NCBI GenBank assembly: GCA_951812805.1
Contig: CATOSZ010000008.1
Coordinates: forward strand, 136,137-200,136
Direction of reading: 5' to 3'
Length of the DNA: 64,000 nucleotides
Origin: an uncultured Alphaproteobacteria bacterium
Lineage (GTDB): Bacteria > Pseudomonadota > Alphaproteobacteria > GCA-2731375
This document shows positions 32,567 to 43,000 of the stretch, piece by piece; within the stretch, counting starts at the first letter, position 1, and every line of letters begins with the position of its first letter. The notes beneath the pieces are model-generated. The model had not been told where the DNA came from. It saw nothing but the letters and a program-made list of their open reading frames with translations, and did no database searches. The position numbers and the translations under genes are program-made.

Positions 32567-32684
32567 GCCCTATGCCTCCGAAGCGAAGCGGTGAATCTTC
32601 GATTCGTTACGAGCATATCGAGCCGCGCCCGCGCGGCCAATCGCCGGGCGGGGCCGTGATCGTCCGGTGCGATCGCGCTCGAGC

Positions 32685-33098
32685 CTAGACTTCTTCGGGC
32701 TGGCCTTCCGGCATGCGCCGGCGATAGCGTCGCTTGCGTCCGGCGACACTCTTGACCAGGCCGTTGATCGACGCGCGCAGGTCCGGATCGGTGATTTCCG
32801 AGAAATTGTGCACCAGCTCGATCACCGAGCGGTTCTTGCCGCCGTGCTCCAGCGGCGGGATCTCCATCTCGACGTCCATGCCCTCGTAGAAGTAAGAGAC
32901 TTCTACATTGAGGTTGAGTGCGATCTCATAGAGCCGTCCCGCACTGACCCGATTGGTTCCCGCCTCGTACTTCTGAACCTGCTGGTAGGAGATGTTCAGC
33001 GCGCTCGCCAAATTTTCCTGCGTCAGGCCCATCTCCGTCCGGCGTTCCCGAATCCGACCGCCGACATACGCATCTACGCGCCTTGATAGTCTATCCAT
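32685..33098 (-). CDS. XRE-family HTH transcriptional regulator
   Basis: VDAYVGGRIRERR..GLTQENLA..ISYQQVQKYEAGTNRVSAGRL. Confidence 0.93.
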   Translation of the reverse strand: MDRLSRRVDAYVGGRIRERRTEMGLTQENLASALNISYQQVQKYEAGTNRVSAGRLYEIALNLNVEVSYFYEGMDVEMEIPPLEHGGKNRSVIELVHNFSEITDPDLRASINGLVKSVAGRKRRYRRRMPEGQPEEV

Positions 33099-33360
33099 GA
33101 TTTTCCCACTCCCAAACCTAGTCGCCCAAGCCCAACTTACATCACTTCATTGAAGTAAATCAATAGTTTTATCGTTTTTGTGTGGATCGTGACCGGATGT
33201 GATGAGGACGGATCGGGATGTCCTGGTTGGGACCTTGCCGCGCAACTTGCCGACACCCTCGCCGTTGCACCGTGATATAGTCCGGTAAATCGCGTTGCCC
33301 ACCGCATCGCGAAGAATTTTCGACTCGACAATATCTAGCTTTGGCGAGGATGGAAAGGCC

Positions 33361-34185
33361 ATGTCACGATTCGAACTTCCCCGCGCGGCACTGCGGGCCA
33401 CGATCCTGTTTCTGGCGCTGTCGCTGGTGGCCGCCTGCGGCTCCGACGATCCCGAATATGTCGAGCGGCCGGTCGAGGACCTCTACAACGTCGCGGTCGA
33501 CGAATTGCAATCCGGCAATCCCGGTCAGGCCGCGCGCCTGTTCGACGAGGTGGAGCGCCAGCATCCCTACTCGGCCTGGGCCCGGCGGGCGCAGATCATG
33601 GGGGCCTACTCCTACTACCGCACGAACCAGTATGACGAGGCGATCCTGGCGGCACAGCGCTTCATCCAGCTGCATCCCGGAAACAAGGACGTGTCCTACG
33701 CCCAGTACCTGGTGGCGGTATCCTACTACGAGCAGATCGTCGACGTCGGTCGCGATCAGAAGATGACGGAACGCGCCCTCGTCGCGCTGCGCGAGATCGT
33801 CAAGCGCTACCCGGACACCCAATACGCCCGTGACGCCCGCCTGAAGATGGATCTCGCGCACGACCATCTCGCCGGCAAGGAGATGGAGATCGGCCGCTAT
33901 TACCTGACGCGGGGCGAATACGCGGCGGCGATCAATCGCTTCCGTGTCGTCATCGAGAACTACCAGACCACGACCCATGCGCCGGAGGCGTTGCATCGGC
34001 TGACCGAGGCGTATCTCGCCCTCGGCGTGGTGCCGGAGGCGCAGACGGCCGCCGCCGTGCTGGGACACAATTTCCCGGGCAGCGAATGGTATCAGGACAG
34101 CTATGCCCTGCTCGGTGACCAGGCGCTGGCGCCCGAGCGTCACGAGGAATCCTGGATCGGGCGCATGTGGCGCTCGGTCTTCTGA
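33361..34185 (+). CDS. bamD: Outer membrane protein assembly factor BamD
   Basis: Lipobox LVAAC, FDEVERQHPYS, RFIQLHPG, DHLAGKEMEIGRYY, EALHRLTE, LGHNFPGSEWY. Confidence 0.96.
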   Translation: MSRFELPRAALRATILFLALSLVAACGSDDPEYVERPVEDLYNVAVDELQSGNPGQAARLFDEVERQHPYSAWARRAQIMGAYSYYRTNQYDEAILAAQRFIQLHPGNKDVSYAQYLVAVSYYEQIVDVGRDQKMTERALVALREIVKRYPDTQYARDARLKMDLAHDHLAGKEMEIGRYYLTRGEYAAAINRFRVVIENYQTTTHAPEALHRLTEAYLALGVVPEAQTAAAVLGHNFPGSEWYQDSYALLGDQALAPERHEESWIGRMWRSVF

Positions 34186-34193
34186 AGCCGGCG

Positions 34194-35864
34194 ATGCTGA
34201 GCGGCCTTTCCGTCCGGGACATCGTCCTCATCGAGCGTTTGGACCTCGAGCTCGAGGACAGGCTGTCGGTCCTGACCGGGGAGACGGGTGCGGGGAAGTC
34301 GATCCTGCTCGATGCCCTGGGCCTGGCGCTGGGCGCGCGCGGGGACGCGGGACTGATCCGTGTCGGCGCCAAGCAGGGCGGTGTCGCCGCGTCCTTCGAA
34401 TTGCCGCCCGGCCATGCGGTGGAGACGTTGCTGCGGGAGCAGGGCATCCAGGCCGAGGATCCGCTGGTCCTGCGCCGGGTGCTGCGACGCGACGGCCGGT
34501 CCCGTGCCTGGATCAACGATCAGCCCGTCGGCGTCGCGCTGCTGCGCCGTGTCGGTGACCGGTTGGTCGAGATCCACGGCCAGCACGACGAGCGCGGCTT
34601 GCTCGACGCCGCCTCGCACCGTGCCTTCCTCGACGCCTTCGGGACCGAGGCCGGGCTGCGCGAGGCCTGTGCGGCGGCGCATGAAGCCTGGAGCGAGGCT
34701 CGCGCCCGGCTGTCCGCGCACCGCGAGGAGCTCGCCGGCGCACTCGGCGACGAAGACTACCTGCGCCATGTGCTCGAGGAGCTGCGCGCCCTGGCGCCCG
34801 AGGCGGGCGAGGAGGCGGGCCTGGTGGCCGAACGGGCCCTGCTGCGAGAGGGCGAGCGGATCGTCGGCGCGCTCGGCGAGGCGACGGGCGAGCTGAACGG
34901 CGAGGGCGGTGTCGATGGCCGCCTGCGCCGGGCGGAGCGCGCCTTGCTGCGGGTCGCGGAAAATGCGGAAGGCCGGTTCGACGCGGCGCTGGAAGCCCTG
35001 GCCCGTGCCGCGACGGAGGCGGTCGAGGCGATCGCCCAGGTCGAGCATCTAGCGCACAGCCTAGACCTCGGCCCCGGCCGGTTGGAGCAGGTCGAGGAAC
35101 GCCTCTTCGCGCTGCGCGAGGCGGCGCGCAAGCATCGCGTCGGCGTGGACGACCTGGCGGCCCTGACGGCGAACTTCGAGGATCGCTTGCAACGGCTCGA
35201 GGCGGGAGAGGCGGTGCTGGCGGAATTGGAGGCGGCGGTCGCCGCCGGCCGCGAACGGTTCGAGGCCGCGGGCCGGGCGCTGAGCGCCGCCCGCGAGGAC
35301 GCGGCGGCCCGCCTCGATGTCCGCGTGATGGCGGAGCTGCCCTCGCTCAAGCTGGACAGCGCGCGCTTCCGCACCGGCCTCGAAATTCTGCCCGAGGCCC
35401 GGTGGAGCGCCGAAGGCATGGACCGTGTCACCTTCGAGGTGGCCACCACGCCCGGTGCCGAGCCCGGCGATCTGAGTCGCGTTGCTTCGGGGGGTGAGCT
35501 GGCGCGCTTCATGCTGGCGCTGAAGGTGGCGCTCGCCGGCACCGGCGGGGCCGGGACCCTGGTCTTCGACGAGGTCGACCGCGGGGTCGGTGGCGCGGTC
35601 GCCGACCGGGTCGGCGCGCGGCTGGCGGAACTCGCCCGCGCGACGCAGGTCCTGGTCGTGACCCACTCGCCCCAGGTGGCGGCCCGCGGCGCCCATCATT
35701 GGCGGATCAGTCGCCAGGCGCACGGCGCGGAGGAACGCACGAATGTCGAGGAACTGGCGCCCGAAGCGCGCGAAGAGGAGATCGCCCGCATGCTGGCCGG
35801 CGCGATCGTGACGGCCGAGGCTCGGGCCGCAGCGTCCAGCCTGATCACGGGGGCACAGGCATGA
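34194..35864 (+). CDS. recN: DNA repair protein RecN
   Basis: LTGETGAGKSILLDAL, EIHGQHD, ASGGELARFMLALK, VFDEVDRGVGG, VTHSPQVAA. Confidence 0.97.
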   Translation: MLSGLSVRDIVLIERLDLELEDRLSVLTGETGAGKSILLDALGLALGARGDAGLIRVGAKQGGVAASFELPPGHAVETLLREQGIQAEDPLVLRRVLRRDGRSRAWINDQPVGVALLRRVGDRLVEIHGQHDERGLLDAASHRAFLDAFGTEAGLREACAAAHEAWSEARARLSAHREELAGALGDEDYLRHVLEELRALAPEAGEEAGLVAERALLREGERIVGALGEATGELNGEGGVDGRLRRAERALLRVAENAEGRFDAALEALARAATEAVEAIAQVEHLAHSLDLGPGRLEQVEERLFALREAARKHRVGVDDLAALTANFEDRLQRLEAGEAVLAELEAAVAAGRERFEAAGRALSAAREDAAARLDVRVMAELPSLKLDSARFRTGLEILPEARWSAEGMDRVTFEVATTPGAEPGDLSRVASGGELARFMLALKVALAGTGGAGTLVFDEVDRGVGGAVADRVGARLAELARATQVLVVTHSPQVAARGAHHWRISRQAHGAEERTNVEELAPEAREEEIARMLAGAIVTAEARAAASSLITGAQA

Positions 35865-36448
35865 GCGAGGCGGCACCGCGGCGTCTGATCGTCGCCATCA
35901 CCGGGGCCAGCGGCGTCGCCCACGGCGTGCGTCTGCTCGAACGTCTGGGCGCCGCCGGGATCGAACGTCACTTGGTAATCTCCAAACCCGGCGTACAGAC
36001 CATCGCGCATGAACTCGACGCCACCGTCGCCGAGGTTCGCGCCCTCGCCGACGTCGTGCACTCGAACGACGACATCGCGGCGGCGATCGCCAGCGGTTCG
36101 TTCCCGACGATGGGCATGGCGGTGGCCCCCTGTTCGGCCCGCACGCTCGCCGCGATTGCTACGGGCACCGGCGAAAGCCTGATCACACGCGCCGCCGACG
36201 TCACTTTGAAGGAGCGTCGTCGCCTGGTTTTGATGTTGCGCGAGACGCCGCTGCACCTCGGTCATATCCGCAACATGGAGCGCGTGAGCGAGATGGGCGC
36301 CATCGTCGCGCCGCCGCAGACGGCGTTCTACATCCGCCCGTCGAGCATCGAGGACCTGGTCGACTATTCGGTGGGGCGCGTGCTCGATCTCTTCGGCATC
36401 GATCCCGGTCCCCGCGTGCGTTGGGGCATCGACCTGCCGCGGAACTGA
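35861..36448 (+). CDS. ubiX: Flavin prenyltransferase UbiX
   Basis: VAITGASG, IASGSF, APCS..TLAAIA.G, RAADVTLKERRRLVL..RETPL. Confidence 0.93.
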   Translation: MSEAAPRRLIVAITGASGVAHGVRLLERLGAAGIERHLVISKPGVQTIAHELDATVAEVRALADVVHSNDDIAAAIASGSFPTMGMAVAPCSARTLAAIATGTGESLITRAADVTLKERRRLVLMLRETPLHLGHIRNMERVSEMGAIVAPPQTAFYIRPSSIEDLVDYSVGRVLDLFGIDPGPRVRWGIDLPRN

Positions 36449-36792
36449 CCGACGTCCAGCGCCGCATGAAGTGCCGCCGCCAGGCCGGCGCTGGTGAACG
36501 GCTTGGCCAGCAGGGCGAAGTCTTTCTCGTGCCGCGGCGGATTGCCCGACATGAGAACCACGGGAAAGCCGGGAAACCTGGCCCGGAGTTCGCGCGCGAA
36601 GGCCGGCCCATCGACGCTGCCCGGCAAGCCCACGTCGGAGAGCAGTAGATCGATCCGCGGATCCGACAGGAGCCGGCGCCGCGCCGTGTCGATGTCGGCC
36701 GCCTGGACCACCCGGTAGCCCAGGTCCCGCAGCATGTTGACGGTCATGTCGCGAAGGTCGTCGTTGTCCTCGACGACCAGTACGGTCTGGTT
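36364..36792 (-). pseudogene. Orphan C-terminal receiver (REC) domain, probably from a hybrid kinase truncated by IS21
   Basis: NQTVLVVEDNDDLR...LGYRV...IDLLLSDVGLPG..DG...VVLMSG...LLAKPF; the only start codon (TTG 36798) lies inside the IS end. Confidence 0.75.
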
Positions 36793-37027
36793 TGTCAATC
36801 AGCATTTAATTCTGACCCCCTATCGGCGTGCAAAATTGACCCCCCCCCTTGCTTCGACGGAGGTTGTCCCGGTAGTCCACGGGAGGGCCCCGCGCGGCTT
36901 CGTGTAGCGCTTTGCGTTACGCGGAGCGAAGCCGCGTGGGAGGGGCCTGTGGGCCCACCGGGACAACCGGGCCGGCGGCGGAACGTGGGGATCAGGTGGG
37001 GTTCTTGAAGTGGCAATGAGCTTTTGA

Positions 37028-37334
37028 AGTAGTGTCCAGACTGTTCTGCAAGTTTGTCATGGCTGCCGATGAGGGCCACCGGCATGCCTGGCGCGGAGAT
37101 TTCGATTGCTCGGAGCGCCAGGCATGCCGAGCCGCCGTCAGGCGGCTTTCTGGATGCGTTCGCTTTTGCTCTCCTTGAGATGGATCATGTTGAGCTAGCG
37201 GTTGGCATCCAGCCAGTCCTCATGGATTTCGATCGCGAGAGCCCGGACCAGCCGGAGGCAGCTCATCCACCCCATCGGCCCGGACTTGTGCCCCAGCTAC
37301 GAAACCCCTTTTGCAGAACAATCTGTACAGGACC
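37028..37334 (-). mobile_element. Internally deleted IS256-derived miniature element inside IS21
   Basis: IRs AGTAGTGTCCAGACTGTTCTGCAA / revcomp GGTCCTGTACAGATTGTTCTGCAA (19/24); contains the IS256-type transposase C-terminus SCLRLVRALAIEIHEDWLDANR*LNM...KAA* (37138-37263); degenerate flanking repeat GCTTTTGA/CGTTTTGA. Confidence 0.7.
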
Positions 37335-37423
37335 CGTTTTGATTTGCCCGCCTTTGCGATGAAAGCCCCCAGGCTGATTGGCTCCATATAGCGGATCAGC
37401 CTGGGGCTTTGCTTACAGGGCGG

Positions 37424-38155
37424 CTACTTTTGTCGTCGCTGTTTGCTTTGTGCGAAGCGGTAAGACATGTTGCCTGTTTCGATGATTGCGCAGTGATGCG
37501 TTACACGATCCAGCAACGCGGTTGTCATTTTTGCATCTCCGAAGACGGAGACCCATTCCCCGAACTCCAGATTGGTGGTGATGATGACGCTGGTCTTCTC
37601 ATAGAGTTTGCTGATCAGGTGGAACAAGAGCGCACCGCCGGATTTGGGGAATGGGATATAGCCCAGTTCGTCGATGATGACGCAATCCATGGCCGTCAGT
37701 TGCCGGATGATCTTGCCGGCGTTGCCTTCGGCCTGTTCCTTGATCAGCGCATTGATCAGATCGACGGCGTTGAAGAAACGGACCTTCTTTCCCTGATTGA
37801 TCAACAGCGTCCCCAGAGCAATGGCGATGTGGGTTTTGCCCGTACCGGTTCCGCCCACCAGAATGAGGTTGTGGGCCTCCTGGGTGAACTGCCCTGAGCA
37901 GAAGGGGTCGATTTGCGCTTGGGTGACGGCGGCTAGGCCGTAATCGAAAGTGGCGAAGTCCTTATGGTGGGGGAACTTCGAGGCCCGCATTTGGTGCTGG
38001 ATAGAGCGCACCCGGCGCTCTACAGTCTCGGCGTCGATCAGTTGCTTTATCGCAGTGGTCAGACTTGGCGGCTTGCGCGCGGCCAGCAAAGCTTCGGCGC
38101 AAGCCGCCATTCCATACAGCCTCAGGGCGATCAGTTGGTCTATCAAAGCTTTCAT
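37424..38155 (-). CDS. istB: IS21 helper ATPase IstB
   Basis: [54 protein letters not shown]. Confidence 0.95.
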   Translation of the reverse strand: MKALIDQLIALRLYGMAACAEALLAARKPPSLTTAIKQLIDAETVERRVRSIQHQMRASKFPHHKDFATFDYGLAAVTQAQIDPFCSGQFTQEAHNLILVGGTGTGKTHIAIALGTLLINQGKKVRFFNAVDLINALIKEQAEGNAGKIIRQLTAMDCVIIDELGYIPFPKSGGALLFHLISKLYEKTSVIITTNLEFGEWVSVFGDAKMTTALLDRVTHHCAIIETGNMSYRFAQSKQRRQK

Positions 38156-39651
38156 GCGACGGCCTCCCCGGCAACGCACAGCGTCTCATAGCGCTTGCAG
38201 TCCGCTTCGGGCCGCAAGGTCAGTTGCGGATAGGCGTGGCTCTCGCCCCATGGCGCGATGACCGGCTCCACCAGTTGGTTGATCAGATTGATGATGGCCG
38301 GAAGGCGCAGCGTGTTCTGCTCCACGGCCAGTTCACAGGCTATCTCGACCACCTCGATCCCGTGATCCTGGGCCAGCAGGAGCAGATCGACAAACTCCCG
38401 GTCCCCGCCTTTGCCGGCCATGTAATGCGCCCTGACCCGGTGCATCGCCTCAGGCAATTGCCAACCCACAAAGGGCGCGCCATCTCTCAGCGCGCCGGGC
38501 TTGCGGTCGAGTAGGGGCAGGTAATGCCAGGGCTCGAAATAGCTGGCGTTGCGGGTAAAGCGGCGCTTGTGCTCGGCAATCACATTCTGCCCTGACACAA
38601 CCACGATCCGGTCCGCATAGGCGCGCAGAGAGACAAGCTCCCCGGCGAACCGGGAGGGGACGCTATAGCGATTGGTGGCATATTGGACCAGACAGGTAGA
38701 GCGGACACGAGCGGCCTTCTCAACATAGCCGTCAAAAGCCCGGCCCAGGGGACGCAGTTCGGCGCACTCGTCTGCGAACACGTCCGAGATCTTGCGATCC
38801 GATTGTTCGGGGTGGGCGCGATTCGCCAATTCCTCGCAGCGCAGACGCAACCAGCCGTTCAGCGCATCCAGATCGTCAAAGGCGGGCTTGGGCGCAAACA
38901 GCTGTCCCCGCAGGAACCCAACCTGGTTCTCAATCTGACCCTTCTCCCACCCCGCCGCGGGTGTGCAAGCAACCGGTTCCATCACATAGTGGTTCATCAA
39001 CGCCAGAAAGCGCGGATGGAACACACGGTCCTTAGAGCGCGAAACATAGGTTACCATCGTCTTGGGGTTGTCGATGATCACCCGGCGCGGTACGCCGCCA
39101 TAGAAAGACATCGCCCGTGCAAAGGCGTCCAGCACCATCTCCTGAGATTCGCTGGGATAGGCAACAACAAAGGGCTTGCGGCTATGACATAGGCGGAAGT
39201 GGGCAACCTTTACCTTCTGCTCGACACCGCCCAGGACAGCGTATTCCGTGCTCCAGTCAAACTGGAGCGCGTCACCTGCCGTAAAGTGCAACGGAATGAA
39301 CGCATCCCCCGATCCGGCGCCAGAACGCTTCAGGTCGCGGACAAACCTCTGAACCGTCGAGTAGGATCCGCTATAGCCTTCCGACACAAGCTGCTCATAA
39401 AGCTTCTTGGCCGTCCGGCGCTCACGGCGCGGGCGCCCCAGGTCCTGCTCAAAGAGCGCCCGAAGCCGGCTGGCGAAGCCATCGCTAAGCTTACGCCGGA
39501 CGGGTGAAACGCGCCGCTGATAGCTCGGTGGATCGCCGTCCTTCAGATACTTCTTAATCGTGTTCCGCGACAAACCAGTCTGACGAGATACAGATCGGAT
39601 ACTCCGACCCTCCCGTAATATCCAACGTCGGATCTTCAATACGCTTTCCAT
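38152..39651 (-). CDS. istA: IS21 transposase IstA
   Basis: [49 protein letters not shown]. Confidence 0.95.
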   Translation of the reverse strand: MESVLKIRRWILREGRSIRSVSRQTGLSRNTIKKYLKDGDPPSYQRRVSPVRRKLSDGFASRLRALFEQDLGRPRRERRTAKKLYEQLVSEGYSGSYSTVQRFVRDLKRSGAGSGDAFIPLHFTAGDALQFDWSTEYAVLGGVEQKVKVAHFRLCHSRKPFVVAYPSESQEMVLDAFARAMSFYGGVPRRVIIDNPKTMVTYVSRSKDRVFHPRFLALMNHYVMEPVACTPAAGWEKGQIENQVGFLRGQLFAPKPAFDDLDALNGWLRLRCEELANRAHPEQSDRKISDVFADECAELRPLGRAFDGYVEKAARVRSTCLVQYATNRYSVPSRFAGELVSLRAYADRIVVVSGQNVIAEHKRRFTRNASYFEPWHYLPLLDRKPGALRDGAPFVGWQLPEAMHRVRAHYMAGKGGDREFVDLLLLAQDHGIEVVEIACELAVEQNTLRLPAIINLINQLVEPVIAPWGESHAYPQLTLRPEADCKRYETLCVAGEAVA

Positions 39652-39767
39652 CAATACCACCTGCTCTTTCCTCCGCACTGTTCCGTGCGGATGCTAGCGT
39701 TCCAGGTGGGTCAATTCTTACCGCTCATAACCCACCAAAGTGGGTCAGTTTTGCATGCCGATTCACA

Positions 39768-40933
39768 ATGAGGCATATTCCGGCGGCGGTACCGGCGCCG
39801 GTGAAGGCCATGATGCCAATGCCGAGGCACGTCGCCTGATCTCGGTCGCCCGTGACGGTTCGTCGCGCAGCCGGCAGGAGCTGTTCCGGGCGATCGGAGA
39901 ATTGTTCGGTGCCTCCGCCGAAACCCTGGCGCTGGCCGAGCGGCGTATCATGCTCGACATCCTTCGCCGTTTGAGCGGCGATGTCGAAATCCAGGTGCGC
40001 GCCGCGCTCGCCAAGCGGCTGGCCGTGCAGGCCGATGCCCCGCGCGACCTGATCCTGCTGCTGGCCCGCGATGCCGGTGAGGTGGCGCACGACGTGCTGG
40101 TGCGCAGTTCCGTTCTGCGGGACCCGGACCTGGTCGAGCTGGTCCGCCACCACGCCTGGCGTCACCAGATGGCGATCGCCATGCGCCACGGCATCGGTGA
40201 GGACGTGTGCCGGGCGCTGACCGAATGCGGCAATCCCGATGTCGTCGTCACCCTGCTGAACAACCATTCGGCCCACATCAGTCGCGAGAGCTTTCAGGCC
40301 CTGGTCGAGGACTCGCGCGAGCGGCCGGAATTCCAGGCCCCGCTGGTCCGCCGTGAAGATCTGCCGCCGACGCTTGCCGAGCGCATGCTCGCCTGGGTTT
40401 CGGTGGCGTTGCGCCAGGAGATCGTTCGCAACTTCGAGATCGACCCCGATGTGCTGGACGACGCGCTCGCCGACACGATGGCGTCGGTCGAGCAGGCCCG
40501 GCCGGCCCCGGTCGATGGGCGAAGTGCGGCGGAACGGCTGATCGACCGGATGTATGATGCGGGCGAGCTCACGCCCGCTTTCGCTTTCGGTGCGCTCCGC
40601 TCCGGGCGGATCGTGCTCTTCGAATTGGCCCTCTCCCGGTTGACGGATCTCTCGCCCGTCACGTTTCGCCGTCTTCTGCACGAGCCGGACGGACAAGGCC
40701 TCGCCGTTATCTGCCGCAGTCTGGACATCGACCGGGCCGCCTATCTGGCGTTGTTCGAGCTCGGTCGCCGCGCCCGGCGGGAAAGCGCCGAGGCCGCGAA
40801 GACGACGCGGATCCGCCGCCTGGCGTTCTTCGACGCCACCAGCCCCGAAGCGGCGCGCCTGGCGCTCGTCCGCTGGCGCCGGGCCGACGCTTTGCGTGAG
40901 GCCCAGCACATTATCGATCCTCTCGCGCCCTGA
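39768..40933 (+). CDS. DUF2336-domain protein; native 5' end replaced by the IS21 end
   Basis: VRAALAKRLA..DAPRDLILLLARD..EVAHDVLVRSSVL.DPDLVEL, HQMAIAMR, LLNN.SA.IS; available starts (GTG 39740, ATG 39755) are inside the IS. Confidence 0.75.
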
Positions 40934-41045
40934 GGCTCGACGCCGCACTTGACCGAAACGGCGCGGCGAACGACATTAGGGTCGACATGGCGGCTCGGGT
41001 TGCGGCCCGGACGACGTGCGTTCCGTGGGAGAGGGTGTTAGGGCT

Positions 41046-42032
41046 ATGATCGACCCATTCGGCCGGGAAGTCAGCTATCTGCGTGTATCGGTCACCGATC
41101 GCTGCGATTTCCGCTGCGTCTATTGCATGTCGGAAGACATGACCTTCCTGCCCAAGGACGAAGTGCTGAGCCTGGAGGAGCTGGACCGGCTGTGCAGCGC
41201 CTTCGTCGCCAAGGGGGTGCGCAAGATCCGCCTGACGGGTGGCGAGCCCCTGGTCCGGCGCAACATCATGTGGCTGTTCCGCCGCCTCGGCCGCCATCTC
41301 GACAGCGGCGCCATGGACGAATTGACGGTGACCACGAACGGCACCCAGCTGCACCGCTACGCCCAGGAGCTGAAGGCGATCGGCGTGAAACGGATCAACG
41401 TTTCCCTCGACACGCTGGATCCCGAGGTGTTTCAACGCCTAACGCGCTGGGGCCGGATCGACAAGGTGCTCGACGGCCTCGCCGCCGCCAAGCGCGCCGG
41501 GCTCGAGGTGAAGATCAATGCCGTGGCGCTCAAGGACGTGAACGAGCACGAGTTCGACCGCATGCTGACCTGGTGCGGCGAAGAAGGTTTCGATCTGACG
41601 CTGATCGAGACGATGCCGCTCGGCGATATCGGTGGCGACCGGGTGGAGCAGTATCTGCCGCTCTCCGTCGTGCGCGGCGACCTTGAAAAGCGCTGGACGC
41701 TCGAGGATCTCGACTATCAAACCGGCGGCCCGGCCCGCTATACGCGGGTTGCGGAAACCGGCAAGCGGCTCGGCTTCATCACGCCGATGACCCACAATTT
41801 CTGCGAATCCTGCAACCGCGTGCGGCTGACCTGCAGGGGCATCCTTTACATGTGCCTCGGCCAGGACGACGACGCGGATCTGCGCCGCGCCCTGCGCGCG
41901 AACGACGAGGGTGTGCTCTCGGCCGCCATCGACGAAGCGATCGGCCGCAAACCCAAGGGCCATGATTTCGTCATCAGCCGGCGCGACAACCGCCCCGCCG
42001 TCTCCCGCCACATGAGCGTTACCGGCGGTTGA
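41046..42032 (+). CDS. moaA: GTP 3',8-cyclase MoaA
   Basis: [37 protein letters not shown]...C, C-terminal MSVTGG. Confidence 0.97.
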   Translation: MIDPFGREVSYLRVSVTDRCDFRCVYCMSEDMTFLPKDEVLSLEELDRLCSAFVAKGVRKIRLTGGEPLVRRNIMWLFRRLGRHLDSGAMDELTVTTNGTQLHRYAQELKAIGVKRINVSLDTLDPEVFQRLTRWGRIDKVLDGLAAAKRAGLEVKINAVALKDVNEHEFDRMLTWCGEEGFDLTLIETMPLGDIGGDRVEQYLPLSVVRGDLEKRWTLEDLDYQTGGPARYTRVAETGKRLGFITPMTHNFCESCNRVRLTCRGILYMCLGQDDDADLRRALRANDEGVLSAAIDEAIGRKPKGHDFVISRRDNRPAVSRHMSVTGG

Positions 42033-42081
42033 TCGGCGCGCGGTCCGGCCTCGTCGGCACGGCCGAACGTCTCCGAAGGGA

Positions 42082-42984
42082 ATGGTTTTGGACAAGCAAC
42101 GCATGGGTGTCGTCGGTCTCGGCGACATGGGCTCGGGGCTCGCGCGCAATCTGATCGCCGGCGGTTTCGAGGTGACGGGATTCGACCTCGACGCGGGCCG
42201 CATGGCGGAGTTCGAGGCGCTGGGCGGCCGGCCGGCCAACGCGGCGGCGGGCGTCGGTGCCGCCTCGGACGTCGTCTTCGTCATGGTGATGAACGGCGAC
42301 CAGGCGCGAAGCGTGATCTTCGACGAGGGCCTGGTCTCGACCATGAGCGCGGGCGGGGCGATTTTGATGACGGCGACGATCCATGCCGCCGAGATGCGCG
42401 CCATTGCCGCCGACCTCGCCGGCAGCGGCCTGGAAATCGTCGACAGCCCGGTGAGCGGCGGCCACGCCGGCGCCCAGGGCGGCACCCTGACCATGATGGC
42501 GGCGGGAAGCGACGAAGCGCTCGCCGTCTGCGGCCCGGCGATGGAGGCGGTCGGCGGTACCATCCACCGGGTCGGCACGGAGCCGGGCCAGGGCCAGACC
42601 GTGAAGGCCTGCCTGCAATCGCTGATCGGCTCGATCTTCTCCGCGACCTTCGAGGCGTCCGTGCTCGCCGCCAAGGCCGGCGTGGACGCGGACGCGTTGC
42701 ACCGGGTGGTCTCGACCTCGGCCGCCGGTTGCGCGATCGCCGACAACGCGCTCGCCCGTATTATCGATGGCCAGTTCGAGAAGACGGGCAGTCATATCGC
42801 GACCATGCACAAGGACCTGACCATCGCGCTCGACCTCGCCCGCGAGATGGGCGTGCCGCTGTTCACCGCCTCGACCGCAATGCAGCTGTTCCAGGCCGGC
42901 ATCACCCGGCATCCGACCGGCGACAACTGGGTCGTCACCCGCATCCTCGAAGACATCGTCGGCGCCGAACTGCGCCGCGGCTAG
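42082..42984 (+). CDS. NAD(P)-dependent beta-hydroxyacid dehydrogenase (3-hydroxyisobutyrate / L-threonate dehydrogenase family)
   Basis: GVVGLGDMGSG, VDSPVSGG..GA..GTLT.M, GQGQTVK, MHKDL. Confidence 0.88.
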   Translation: MVLDKQRMGVVGLGDMGSGLARNLIAGGFEVTGFDLDAGRMAEFEALGGRPANAAAGVGAASDVVFVMVMNGDQARSVIFDEGLVSTMSAGGAILMTATIHAAEMRAIAADLAGSGLEIVDSPVSGGHAGAQGGTLTMMAAGSDEALAVCGPAMEAVGGTIHRVGTEPGQGQTVKACLQSLIGSIFSATFEASVLAAKAGVDADALHRVVSTSAAGCAIADNALARIIDGQFEKTGSHIATMHKDLTIALDLAREMGVPLFTASTAMQLFQAGITRHPTGDNWVVTRILEDIVGAELRRG

Positions 42985-43000
42985 ACGGAAAGAACCGATC

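Larger units (their letters stand above)
36793..39767 (-). mobile_element. IS21-family insertion sequence, copy 1 (~2.98 kb, no target duplication)
   Basis: Ends TGTCAATCAGCAT..CTGACCC..TTGACCC (36793) and revcomp TGTGAATCGGCAT..CTGACCC..TTGACCC (39767); encodes istA-istB; lower GC than flanks. Confidence 0.9.

Noticed and set aside
33200-34200. LexA (GTTC-N7-GTTC) box for recN
   Set aside because: No convincing match was seen upstream of bamD or recN by eye.
35861-36448. ubiX without adjacent ubiD as a novel system
   Set aside because: ubiX and ubiD are frequently unlinked; this cannot be judged from one window.
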